From Raillietiella orientalis (Eukaryota), in contig JAYWIR010000001.1 in NCBI GenBank assembly GCA_036172245.1, forward strand, positions 9,982,001-10,046,000: a stretch of 64,000 nt of DNA, written 5' to 3'. The notes beneath the pieces are model-generated. The model saw only the letters and a program-made list of their open reading frames with translations. It searched no databases and had not been told where the DNA came from. This document shows, piece after piece, positions 35,769 to 48,500 of this stretch. The translations under genes were made by a program, and so were the position numbers. Every line of letters begins with the position of its first letter. Position 1 is the first letter of the stretch.

Positions 35769-38700
35769 TAGTTTTCTTTGGGCTTGTGCCTTTTTGTTTT
35801 GGCGCCTCTCTCTGGCTCCGTTCTTCCTGTTTCCTAGCGACTCGCGGGGTGCACGAAAGCGGAAATCCTGACAAGGGTTCGCTCAGGCACAAGTTTCGCG
35901 ACTGCCGAGGGACCGGAGAAGGTGCGCGTGGATGCTTCCGGTCTAGCGAGACCTTTGTGGGATTTCAGCATCTGCGCGTCTCCTCCTCGAGAAGAAGGAA
36001 AACCTGGGGAGAAGAAATCAAGGTCCCCTCTACGCCTTCTCGTCGTCTTCGTAGCCATGTCCGCGCCGGCAGTGCTCTTCCCTCCCCACTTCCACCTCGA
36101 TGAAGGCGCTAGTTCTCAGAGTGGCTGCCTGAAGTCTATGGGGGAAAGCTCTGCGCCCCAGGAAGCCCGGGCGCCGGTATGCACGGATGTCAGACGTGCC
36201 TTCGATGCACTGCGGGGGTTCTGCAAACCAAGAGGACGTGTAAGACCCCTGGATCACCCAGGTCACGCTTTTCCCCTATCTCCCCTCCGTCGCCTACTCC
36301 CTGCAGCCAGTCTCATCGCTGACGTCATGAGATCGTCGCCCAGGCGGCGACCTGGTAACGGTCTTTCTCGGTGTCCGGGTACAGGCGCAATTCCAGGTCC
36401 AAACACTATAGAGCGGGAAGGGCATCCATCGCATCGGCAGTTTTCGACTTTCCCAGGGAGAAGTTCGGTTTCTTTTCGAGATATCTGGCCAGTGGCTGCC
36501 CCGAGGTCGTAACCGAAGTGCCCTCCGTGGCTCTGTGTGAGCGAGCCGGGATAACCCTACCAAACGGGCATCGTGTTCCTGGCCGTCTCAACGACGGCTC
36601 CTGGATAAGCCGCTCTGGATCGGTTCGTCATGTTGGAGTTTCCCGAACGCCCCAGATGGGATAGGGAAGGGAGAGAGCAGCGTTCCGCGTGGACGCCGCC
36701 GGAGCAGCGACCATGCTGAGTGCTGCGGCCGACCCTCGACTTTAGCGAAGCCACGGTGGGGTTTCTGTGTGCAGCGTGGCTCCCGAGCCAGGGGCCGATC
36801 CTGCGCAGAGCTACCTGCAAACACAGGAACGAGGCCGTCATTCCGGAAGAACCACTGGACCCCAACTTTCCAGCTGCCACCTGTCCTTTCCTGGATCGAG
36901 GCACAGTTTTCGAAGCGCCTAAGGACGAGGAGTAACCATGGAGACGAGGGATCTAGGCGGCTCGGTGGATGGGGTGGGTGCCCCCCCGAAGTCTGTGACC
37001 CCTCCCTCTACAGAAGCAGATCCCTGGGGTCCTGCAGGAATTCTAGGGTCAAGAAGCGTGCCCGACAGACTCCGAGCCCAGCCATTTCACCAGGGGCTGA
37101 AGAGGAGTCTCGAAATCTCTCGCCCCAGGCCCATCTGGCTCGAAGACCCTATCGTAAGATTCCTCTTGCCCAGGGGACAAGGCGGGCAGTTTGATTTGAC
37201 GATTCCCGGCCGTCGGACGCGCAGGAACGCTCGGTGGATTCTCGGAGGGTGCGTTGGTGACGCTTTTTGTATGCCCCAGTGCTACGGAGGTCGACTTTTA
37301 CCGTGACCCAGGAACGGCGTCCATGACTGGCGTCATGCCTGTCGTGACATGCCTTTCGTCCGTCCCTCGAGGCGGGAAGTGCCGGATCGAAGGCAGGGGA
37401 AGGAGGGAGAGATGTGAGTCCCCAGTAGGGGCTAAGAGACACCGCTGTCTCTGTCCCCTCGTGAGAGGCCCGCAGGGGATGACTTTTGGCGGATGAGTGA
37501 GCGTTTCCTGCAGATGGAGACGTCTCTCTCCATCGCTCACTGCGTAGCACCCTATCACCTCCTTCCCCGTCCGCTGACTGAGCCCGTCCTCTGTTCAGGA
37601 GCATTTCAAGAGAGGGAAGCAATGGAGCTCGTCGCGACGCAAGTGACGTCAATCGGTCCTTTGCGCGCGGAGCGGTTCCGCGAGGCGCTCCAGCGTTTGC
37701 CGCCAGCCCTTCCCGCGGATGTGGAAGTTCCGGTCTGTGGAGGACCGCTCTCGCGACCTCTGCGTCTTCGCCGTCCCAGCGGCGAAAGCGCAGCATTGGA
37801 GGGAACGTCCTGGGATTAATGAGCTCGGGCGGCCTTTCTACTCCGCCCCCACATACGTCTCAAGAAAAGCGAGCTGTGCTCTGCTCACTAAGACTCCGGC
37901 GAATCGGCTGCTCTTCATAATCGCCAGCCGGCGTTCCCAGCCCTCATTTCTGTCGACGTTCCGTCTTCTCGGAGCACGAGCAGTGCAGGTGTTGCCGGCT
38001 CTGATCACCCAGGAACCGTGGGAGGGGGAGCTCGAGGCAGTCACCACCAAAGATTTGGATCAACGCCGCTTTTTACAGTCACCACAGGAAGTTTGATGCA
38101 TCCAGAATGCCAGAACTCAAGGATCAGCAGAGTTCAATACTGACTTCCGACAGGATTTTCCTCCAGGGGATGGCTGCTCCCCTCCTCCTTGGCCTCCCTT
38201 ATCGGCAGACTTTGCTAGAAAGCAGGGAGGCATCCAAGATGTCGTCCCAAAACCTCTCTGGCGCAAAAGTCCTGACAGCTCGACATGGAGGAAGCGTCCA
38301 AGAATGCGGAAATGAATGCCCGACAATGCTCAAGTCTTCTACAATGCAAGAGCTTTCCTATCAGATTGCCGCTGCAACGACCATGCTGGAGATTCCCATC
38401 CTCTCTTTTCATCTTGGAGGATCCACTGATGCACCCGGATCCCCGGACGCGCGTGCAGGTTGCCAATGATAGGGAAAGCAGAGGGTAGCTCGGTTCCCTC
38501 GTCTGCAAGAAACCAGGATCTTCTTGCGATCACCGCCCCTTTGAAGAGCACCTCACGACAATGCCCATGGGATCCGTTCCCAGGACTCGTCCCGTCTCCT
38601 CACCCCTATCCCGCCACGGATGTCGTTGCAATCATTCCGTGCAGCTTGCAACGCTCTACCTTCATCCCGTTTCCTGTTTCTCCCGCACTCATTCCTTACT

Positions 38701-39467
38701 CCTTATGGACTTCAGGGGGTTCACGATTTTCCCCCATTTTCTGAGGCGTGCCCATCCACCCCATCTGGCATTTCCGTGCTCGTCCGTTTTTTCTTGGGGC
38801 GTCCGTGCAGCTCCGTGCGGCTCTCATTGGTTCTCACTCGGCTCTCGGTTTCAGGGAAGGAAATTTCCCATTCATTACTCCATCACCATCCATCATTCCC
38901 GCTCGGATAGGTAAGGAGGGTGCCCAACACTCCAACTCACTTCTGAAATTCCTTCTCCCCGCCGTTCCTCTCTGGAGCACCGTGTCCTCTTCTCCTGCAG
39001 TCTTCCAGCTGCCGTTCGCCTCGTGCCCTTTCCTGGAAGACCTCGGATCCCGCGTCTCCATCTCGGTTGCCGCGAAGATCACGGATGCGCGACCCCGTCC
39101 TTGGACGTGACTCACCTTCCCATCTCCTTGCTCTCGCAAGCACGCATTCCTACTCCTCCCCCGATCCCACCTGCTCCCGCAACCTGCGCTGTCTCGCCAT
39201 GTCTGATTAGGAGCGGGAAGCCGAAGGCGCCTGATCACTCCTGGGGCGCTGCGGCAAGCCAAACGGAGACTTTTCCAGAACGAGAAGGGCAGCTTCCGAT
39301 TCCCTCGGTTCGGCATCAGCGTCCGGAGTCAGATGCCACCGTGCTGGAGGGACCCCGAGGGCATGAGCATTCTGTGGAGACCCCACCTGTCCCGTGGTGG
39401 CGCAAACCCAGTGCTCACGCCCGCGCCCCCACTGGGCGCCTTCTGGAGGCCTGAGAAGATCACAGCT

Positions 39468-39473
39468 TTTATT
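39468..39473 (-). promoter_or_regulatory. Candidate polyadenylation signal of the neuroligin gene
   Basis: AATAAA on the minus strand about 80 nt after the stop codon. Confidence 0.45.
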
Positions 39474-39551
39474 GCCTGTTTCTGCTGCCCGCTCTCCCGG
39501 GGGAAGGAGGGGAGGAGCCCTAAGGGTGGAGAGCGGAACCGTGCGACCCAA

Positions 39552-42500
39552 TCACACGGTCATCTCGCGGTAGTAGGGGGAGGAGGCGAGTCCAAGGGTG
39601 GGCGTGGCCTCGAAAGTCGCCGTGAATTCCTTCCTGGGACGGTGGTGCTGCTGCTGTGCCGGGCGGCAGGAGGCGGGCAGGTGGACGGAGATGGACCCGT
39701 TGGGGGGTGCGCAGGGGCCTGTGGGTATGTCGGTCAAGGGGTTCATTTTCATGGAAGGGGTCGCCGGGGCCGGGAAGGCGAGACCGAGGAGCGTCCTACC
39801 GTCGTCGCCCTCCCCGTCCTCGCCGCCGCCGGGGCCATCTCGGGAGCAGCGAGCCGCAGCCTCCGTCGCCCTGGAGACGCTCTTGGACAGCAGGCGGATT
39901 CTATCCCTCTGATAGAAAACGCCCACGAAGATAAGGAGGTTGAGGAAGAGCAGGGAGCAGCCGATGGCTATGGTGGCCACCAGGGCGGTCGAGTTTTGCG
40001 CCACATAGCTGGCGACATCAGGGAAGGGGTCACTGCCGTCGGGGTCTCCTCTTGCCGGATGGGCCCACGGTGGAAGTGCCGTCGGGACATGGGGCAGCGG
40101 GGGCTGGGGACGCGTCTTTACTGCGCCGATGACCTCCTCGGTCCTCTTGGCAGCGGCGGTGGGCGGTGGCCTTCCAGAGGCACCGCTCTCCTCACATGCC
40201 TCCTCCTCCTCCGCTCCCACTGCCGCCTCCGGCTCCTGTTGCTGCAGAGGTGGGGGCTGGTCATGGGTGGCGTTCTCTTCGGGAATCCGGCGGACGGGGC
40301 CGTAATACAGGTCTTCGTCCCCCACGCTATCCAGGGCGTGGTGGGAGAGTGGCAGTAGATCGTTCCCGGAGTCGTGGATGTCCGGGATGAGTTTCAGCCA
40401 AAGGGAGAGCTTGTGGGCCCTGTAGTGGGACCGTACCGTGGGGCTCGCACCTAGGGAAAGGGAACGTTCAGGGAAATGGAGGGCGGAGTGGAGAAAAATG
40501 GGGCGGGAGAAAAAAGTCGGTTTCCTCTCCTTCCTTTCCTTCCCAAGCACTGTTTCCCTCGAACCCCTTTCGGCTCCGGGAGCCCCAGAAGCGCTGAGTC
40601 TGGGATGCCCGGATGCAGGGGATGGGACAGGTGGAGACAGGTGGGAAGAGATGGCTGCAGGATCGTCCTGACCCCTCCCTCCTTCCTCCCCCCTGCAGTG
40701 GAGCAGTTCGACTCCCAGGTCCTTTTCACCCTCCTCGGGAGCGGGACAGAGGGTCGCCCGTCTGGGAAGGGACTGCAGGCAGAGTCAGCGGAGGCTATCC
40801 AGACGCGTCCCTTTCGCCGTTCGCGCGTCTTCCTGTTCGCGCCCGTGCCTTCCGGGCGACCCTCGCGGCGGTTCCACGCCGCTCCTCCTTGACGTCCCAG
40901 TGCAGCACCTTCCCTGGCACGCCCTTCGTGGGCAGTGCCTCGCGACCGCCCGGCGCTCCGGAGGAAGGCACCCGATCACTCCTTCCCTCCACCTGCTCCT
41001 CCTCGGACGTCTGGGAAGCTCAGGGCGCTGGCGGAAAGGAGAAGGAAGACTTCCGGCACCAGAGATCCCGGCGCGGCTTTCTCTGGATGGGGGGTGTCGT
41101 CGATGCCGGCCCCACTTTCCCCTCTTCGCTCTCCCATCCTTTCTTTTTCACTCGGGCTCCCAGGACGCGCTCCTGCCCTTGTTTTCCCGGAGTCCGCCGT
41201 GAGCCGGCCGGCGAGAGTCGGAGGGGAAGAGACGGGACTCACCCAGCTCCAGGTATTTCTGGGTGCCCTGCTCGTAAGGAGGCCACTCGCCGAGCTGTGG
41301 AGGTGCCTTCCCGCTGCCTCCCGTTGCAATGGCAGCCGCCGTTGGGTCCCTGAGGAAGAGCAGGGAGAGAAAAGAGTGAGGGGGTAGGGAGACAGTGGCG
41401 GGGGGGAGAGTAACGGGTGCGCTCGCTGTCCTTTCCCCCGACTGCCGCGGAGGGGAAGTCTCACCCGGTCTTGGCGAAGTTGGTCCAGTAGGTCATCATG
41501 ACCTCTGACAGCAGCGTCCTCTTCCTGGAGCGCTCAGGGTCGGAGTCCTCCGCCGACAGGTGATCTCCGAACAGGTACGGCAGGTCATCTCCGTGGACGG
41601 TCCCCTGACCCTGAAGGGGAGAGGTTCGTCTGCTTGAGGGAAAGAACGGAGGGCCTTTTCCGTCCCCTCCCCAGTTCCGGCCCCTCCGCCTGCTTGCCTT
41701 TCTCTCGTCCACGAGGAGCCCCGGAGGGCATGTGGGCCAGGGGGTGCGCGGGGGCGCTCGCCGGGCCAGGACTACGGGACAGGCGCGCGAAGGCAGACAA
41801 CGGCGGGGAATCCTGGAAGGGTCGGACGAGCCCTGCGGCTGGATCCCGAAGGATTTCCGTCCCTCTAGGAGGAAGAAAGGCGAAGCAAAGGGGAGCTTTC
41901 CGTGCCGCCTTTCCGCTGGATGCAGCATCACGGTCCTGGTGCGAGATTTCCCGGGAAATCCAGGGCTCTCGACCAAGGTGTGCCACGGGAGCACCTTGGA
42001 TTTTCCGGGAAGCCGTCGGTCGGGACTCGCCGATCGTGAGGCTGGAGGGCGGGTCTTCGGAGCTCCAGTTCCGATCGCCGTCTCCGTGGCAACGGCCTCT
42101 CCGGTTCCCGCTTTCCCCTCCTCAGAGGGCTGACCTCTTCGCGCTCAACTCTGGGGCGGAAGCCCCTGAGTCCCGGGGGCCCGACACCCCAGTTTTCCTC
42201 AGCCCGGTGCGCGTTTAGGGCAGGACCGCGGCAGCCTTCCAGTCCAGCTCCGCACACGAACGGGAAACCATGTCAACGGCCGCTCGCCTGCCTGCGGGAG
42301 GCACCACCCCGTCCCTCTGCGAAGCGCCCGCTCCCTCAGGCTTCCCTTTTTCGGGGGTTCGTCAAGGACTGTAGAGCCGGGGGCTTACGAAGTCCTTTAA
42401 AAACTGCCCACGCCATCCAAGGGCGCATGTGCAGTCCTTCAACTGACAGGTGGTGGCCCCGCGAGGGGAGCACCCTACGAATCCAGGAAGGACTCCGGAG

Positions 42501-45500
42501 GAAGGAGACTCGTTACCCTCTCGCTCTTGGTAGGGTCCCCCGGAGGGAACCACTTCTTGCTCATTTTTTCCGGAGGGACCCCCCCAAAAAGATCCACTCC
42601 CTGTTTCCTCTCCTGAAGAGAACCCTGAAGGAATGCGCCCCGATTCCTTCAGAGGGTCGCTTCCCCAACGGCGCCTCTTCTTGAATCCTGGGGAGGCACC
42701 GACTGCCCCAGCTCCGTGGTGTGCGACGGAGAGCGCCCTCCCTCGGAAAAGGGACGGTCTCATCTTTTCAACCGGAGAGGGAGACTCCGAAGGGAACCAG
42801 CGCTCCTCGATGTTCTGGAGGGACCTCGAAGCATCGACTTCCGATACCATCCCATATACGGGCATACGGTTTCCATCGGTGACGTCACATCCGAAGCCTT
42901 CAGACCAACCAGCGCCATCCTGCGGGGGAGACTCGAAATACCCATGGCGTAGCCCCATTTCTCGGCGTCGACCCTTATACCCCGGGCGGAATTCGAACCT
43001 GCGACGTTCGCCGGCTCCGTGTCGGCCAGCGCGGGCAAAAAAAAATAAAAAAAGCCAGGAGAGACCTCTCCCCCTTCTCCCAACGAGGAGATGGTTACCA
43101 TGGGCTCCCCCGGGGCCTACATACATCGAAGCACCCACCTCAGGTCGACCCTCTTGCGTTGTGCAAGAGGCCGGCCTGAAAGGCGCCGAGTCTCTCGAAC
43201 GACACATTGGCGGTCTCGAGCGCTTCACGTCCGCTTCCTCTGGATGCTCCGCTCGCAGTGATCGCCATGGCAGCAGCCTCCAAGCGCCAGTCCGGATGAC
43301 AGGAGAGCTCTGAGGGATGCGGATCCTCGGGGCGGCCGGTCTGCGCGTAGAAGACGGGGGATTGGGTGAACCCAGCGGCCGGAAAGCACGGCGACGGGCC
43401 ACAGAAAGAGGGAAGGGGTGGGGGTCGCTCCCAGCAGGCTCCTGGGACGTTCCTATGTCCGTCTCGAAGGAAAGTGGTGATTGCACTTTCCCTTCCTTTT
43501 GCTTTCCTCGCCGTTGCCACGCGACTGCCGGCGAAGCGCTCGACGTTCTTTCGTCCCGGCCTGTCCGCTATCCCGGAGGGGCGATCTGGAACGAACCTCG
43601 TCCCTCCTCCTCCTCCTTCGTCCCATGCAATTCCTGCAGTTTTCCCCGGACCACTCCTTCTCCTCGCGAAGGAAGAAAGGGGCAAGGGGCCTCTGAGTTC
43701 ACGTAGCCGCGTTCCTATGGACACCGCTCGCAACCCAATCGACCGTTGCTACCTCCTGGACGAGTCCCTGCCGGGAGCGGAGGCAGATCCACCGTGCAAA
43801 CCTGCCATTGGTCAGGATGCCGGCTGTGCCACTGAGGTCTTGCCTGGAGTACGCGCGCCATCTGCCGAACACCTGCTTCTCTCCCTCTCTCTCCTGACGG
43901 AAGCGAGCGGGAGATACCGTCCTCGTGAGGTCCTCCGGGAAATTTCCGCGGGAACTGCCCGCCGTGGAGAGAACGTCCGTGTAGGATAGGCGGCGGGAAC
44001 GCCTTCCAGTGGGATCGCCCAACTTCATCCGGCGGAGGTTTCGGCCTCCGCCGTTGGGGTCTCCTCCCATCCAGGCGGGGAGCAGACGGAGCCGGGAGAC
44101 GAGCAGCTTCCGAGGGGCACAGCTCTCGCGGATCGATAGGGAGCGACCAGGAAGACAGGTGGATTCGCGGGTGCTGGCGTTCCCACAACGTCCCGCCGGT
44201 CCAGCGCAGTGTCACACTTCGAGCTGGCAAAAGCAAAAAGCGGGAGGGGAGGAAGTAAGGGGGGGGGGGAGGGAGGGAGAGAACCGGGTTGCGCGCCTCC
44301 CAGCTCCCGGCCTCTCGCCGCTAGCGGGGCGAGAGCGGTCAGCAGTGGGCCCCGGCTGCCCATCTCGTCGATTCGGGATTTTCCGGAGATTCTCTTTGGG
44401 TTGACCTCGGCTGCCTCCCAACTGCCTGGCGAGCGTAGCTGGGCTCCCGCCGACAATCTCCGCGAACTCCTCCTCGTTCCGAGGTCAAATCAAACTCGTT
44501 AGTGGCCTCGATCGCTCACCGCGGCGGGTCGCTGCTGCCCGTGGTGTTCGGGAAACGGTGAGGGCTGGTCGGAAAGTGGAAGGCAGTGGCACGGGGTGTT
44601 CTCCGCGGTCCGACCTCGCACGCCCTACCGGTGCGTTCGATGCACACTGTTCGCAGGGTCGGATTGTTGTTCGGTGTCACCCTGGTGTTCTTCCTCGAAG
44701 AGCACGCGCTCGCTCTCCCGGGGAAACCGGACTCCTCCACGGATGGCCGCACGCCCTTCCTACCTCCTTCGACAGATCCTCCCCGAAGCGCGGATCGCGA
44801 GCCACTGTCGTAATTCTTCGGATCGCGGTCAGTCAGAAACCTGAGGGATGAGTGAGCTCGGGCCCACCCGAGATTTCCGCAACCTCATCCTTCTTGACTT
44901 CTTCGTGCACCCTTCTTGCCAATGCGGTGGCCTCGCTCGTGCAGTCAGTGCTCCCCCTTCTCCCTCCTTCCCTCTTTTGCGGATGCGAACGGGATGTGCA
45001 GGCCTCGGTTGCTCACTACGTCACCTGGGGCTTCCCTTCGGTCGGCATTTCTCCTCCGAGCGCAGTGTCGCCCCAACAAAGGCCGCGCACGCCTATTGCT
45101 GTTAAGTTTAGAAGGGTCCGCTTAGGCTTTGGCGACCCGGTGTCACCGGCCTGCCCCGGCCAGGACCTCAGCGAAAGGGCAACCTGAAAGACGAAGGTGT
45201 GCATCCGAGAGGGCGTGGCGGGCCTCATCAGTGTTCAGATACCCACGCGGACAGCGGCGAAATCCCACAGCAACCCCTCGACTATTGATTGTCGGCGCTT
45301 CTCCCCAACTAAGGGTTCCTTCCACCGCTGCGGAAGAGCCTGAGTAGTCTGCAGCGACGCTGAGGGGAGAAAAGCAGCAGCGATCGCGAATGAGAAATGG
45401 AAGAGGGAGAAGAACCGGACGAGGACTATCCCTTCGGTGTAACCTAGTGCGATCTCTCGTGAGGTCCCTATTTGGCAGCCTACACTTGTACTGTGAGCCG

Positions 45501-48500
45501 TACGGTTTCGTCACAGCCTGAGCGCTTCCAGTGGATTTCATTTCATGAGGGTGCCAACAATAAAAGGGCGCCAAGGCGAACGCGCGAGCGTCAGCAATGA
45601 AAGGGTGGCGCAGCAAAAAGTGAAAACCAACAGTGCTCAGAGATGCACGAATTAGCACAACTTTATTTTTAATTCCTCCGCCAGCGGCCACTCGCTTCAG
45701 GTGCTTCAGCGAGTGTCGCGAGAGCTATTGGATTACGGATCCCTGGATCTCCGGAGACGCGCGCGCGGACTCTCTCCAGAGCTGCTGCTTGCTGGAGTCA
45801 CGTGACTGGCTCGCTGAATCCCTGGACCCTTTCAGTAAGCGCAAAGGAAAAAGTTGCTTGTGCCGGATGGAACGCGCTCGAGAGCTCTCCAAGGCGCCAT
45901 GGTTTTCCGATCGCCCCCTTTCCCCCCTCCATGCTCCTGTCGCCGGTTTCGAAACCAGCTCCACCCCCTTCCCCCACTCCTTCCCCCTACGAAGAGCGAT
46001 TTCCTTCAGGCCGACTTCCTTCTGTGCGAGTCGCTTCGAGCGTACGGATGGAATTTCTCCTTCATTTCCCCGCACCCCTTCCCCAGCGCGCTGCTGATTT
46101 TGTCTTATTTACAGAGTTCGGGAGCATTGTCCTGCTCGTCGCCCTCAAGGAATCTTCATCGTCCCCCTTTTGCGGCGCTCTCGATGCGGAAGGGGAGGCA
46201 ATGATTCCCCCTTCCCGCGAAAGTTCCTCCGTGCCCCCCTCCCTCCTTTACCTTAATAGGCTTGGCAGGGGGCACATAATGCGCGGAATTCCACGTCTAC
46301 CCACCGGGTACCGCTCTTCGTCGAGATACGCGCCGAAGGGGACAACGGGAACAGTTGGCGCGCCAAAGCAGACGTCGGAGAGCCGCTCGTGGCTAAGGCG
46401 ACGGAGGAGAGCTCCCGCCACAGCTGCTCTGGCCGCGGCCCGAGGTGCCTCGCCTCTCGGAACTTCCTTCCGAGTGGATGGGAGGCTGGGATACGGTGCT
46501 CCCAGTCACCCACCTCCCGGGACACGTGGAGAGGATTCCATGCTTGTGGGAAGGAGCGCCACTCTCTGGAGAGGAGACCTCTCTCCTGCCAGAGAGCTGG
46601 GCTCGCCGTCAGCGCGAAGAGCATCCGGAACAGCTCCCTCCCGGTCGCGGGACAGGACGCGGAAGGGAGCAACCGTCTGGAGAAAGGCGGGCGAGTAATC
46701 CCTCGTTGCTCCCGGGGGCAGTGCGTTCCCCTCCTGCGGTTTCGCGGGAGCCAGCAGGCCGCGAAAGGAGGACACCCGCGGCGATGCCCCGAAGCCCGAT
46801 TTCCTGTTCCGCTCCAGGGAAGCTTCCGGGAAAGGAACGAACGTGGCGCACGATGACTGCCCGTGAGAGGCTCCTCCCCTTTCGCTTAACTCGGGACATC
46901 CCGCGCTTGCCAGAGGCCATCTTCCTTCGAGCAGTGGAGTTTCCCGCACGGCGTCCGAAACGTGACCTTTCCTTCTCCCTCAGTGGAACCAAAGAAAGGG
47001 AAAACAAAAGCAGCGTCCTTAGGCGCCGCCTCGTTTCCTTCTGAGGTTTCTGCGCCGCTATGGCGCCCGCTGCTCTCTGCCTCTTTTCCGTCTTCCCATC
47101 GATCGCTTTCGGGCCCGGAGGATCGACGGAAACCACGAATTCCCTGTGGCGATCACTGCGGGCGCGCAGCCAGGAAGCTTCCCTCCCTCCCGTTTCCCCA
47201 GTGTATATTCCTGATCTCCTGCCGAGCAGCACATCCAGGTAACGCCCACCTTCTCACCAGACCTACGGGATCTCCCCTTCCCGAAGTCCGGAAGACGGTG
47301 ACCGCTTGACCCCACAGCCTCTTCTGGGATCTCCCCGCGACCTCGGAGGGAAAAACTCTGCCTCCTGCAACGCACAGGCTGTTGCCAGGCAACCAGGTGA
47401 AAGCAGGGGCGAGTCTCACCGACGAGTCTGATCAGCAGACCCGCACCCTACCCCCGTCCAGCTTCTTCCCGGCTTCTTCCCCGCTCCCCCTTCGTTCTTC
47501 TCACCGATCTGCTTCCTCCCCTACGACCGGCACCCGCCCCACACCACCACGTGCTCTTTTCTCCCCAAGGTCTGTTGCGGGATGCCCTGCATCCGGGTCC
47601 ATTCAGGGGGGGGCTGCCGTTCCTGCGAGCGGCCCCGAACGCGCCAGCTTCCCGGGACCACGAGTGACGCTTTCCCGACGGCGGCAGCGGCGGCTCTGGA
47701 AGGATCTCCGGAGCGCCGCTTCGGGTGGCCTCCAGCACCCCTTCGAAGCGGAGATGCCTTCGGGTTGTCGGTGCCTTCGAGCAAGAATGGGCCCAGGTTT
47801 GTCAGGTAGTGGGACCGCGGAAGAGAGCGGACCGTCACCCCTAGAAGCGGGGGAAGGGTGGGACCGGGACGGGGCACGCGGAAGGTCATCCCCGTGGATC
47901 GCTGTGTGACGGGGAGCGGCGCTCCCGGCTCAGTCCCTCGCGATCGTGACCAACGATGACCAGCTCGACGACGACGACGACGAAGAGAAAAGATGGGGAC
48001 GGAGAGGAGGGGGAGAACGAAGGCGAGAGGGGAGAAGAGGAGGAGCACAGGAAACGGGCCGCGTCCTCCTCGGAGAAACCGCAGAAGCAAGGTCTTTCGG
48101 CGTTTCCCAAAAGCATCGGGAATGCCTGTTGTTCCCAGAGGAAGAGGAGGAGCACAAAGGCCGCAAGATGCGAGTGGTCATTCACTTCCGGCGTCTTCCT
48201 CGTCTTCCTGCATTTTCACGAGACCTGAAATCCCTCTCTCCTCTCCCTTTTCCCCGGAGGCGGAAGGAGGCTTCAGGAAGGACGGGGTCCGGAGGACGGC
48301 GCATTATGGATGCCTCTCGGAGGAGGAAATCAAGGAAGACTCAGTTCCGGGAGCCGGTTGTCTTCGTTGCTTTGGCGACAGGAGCGCCCTCCTCCCTGCC
48401 TTCGATATGCAGAGCAGAATCCCCACCCGCGCCTCTGGCCGACCCGAGAAGAGGGGTGCCGACCTTAGGGAGGAGAAGTCGAGGAGAAAACTTAACTTAC

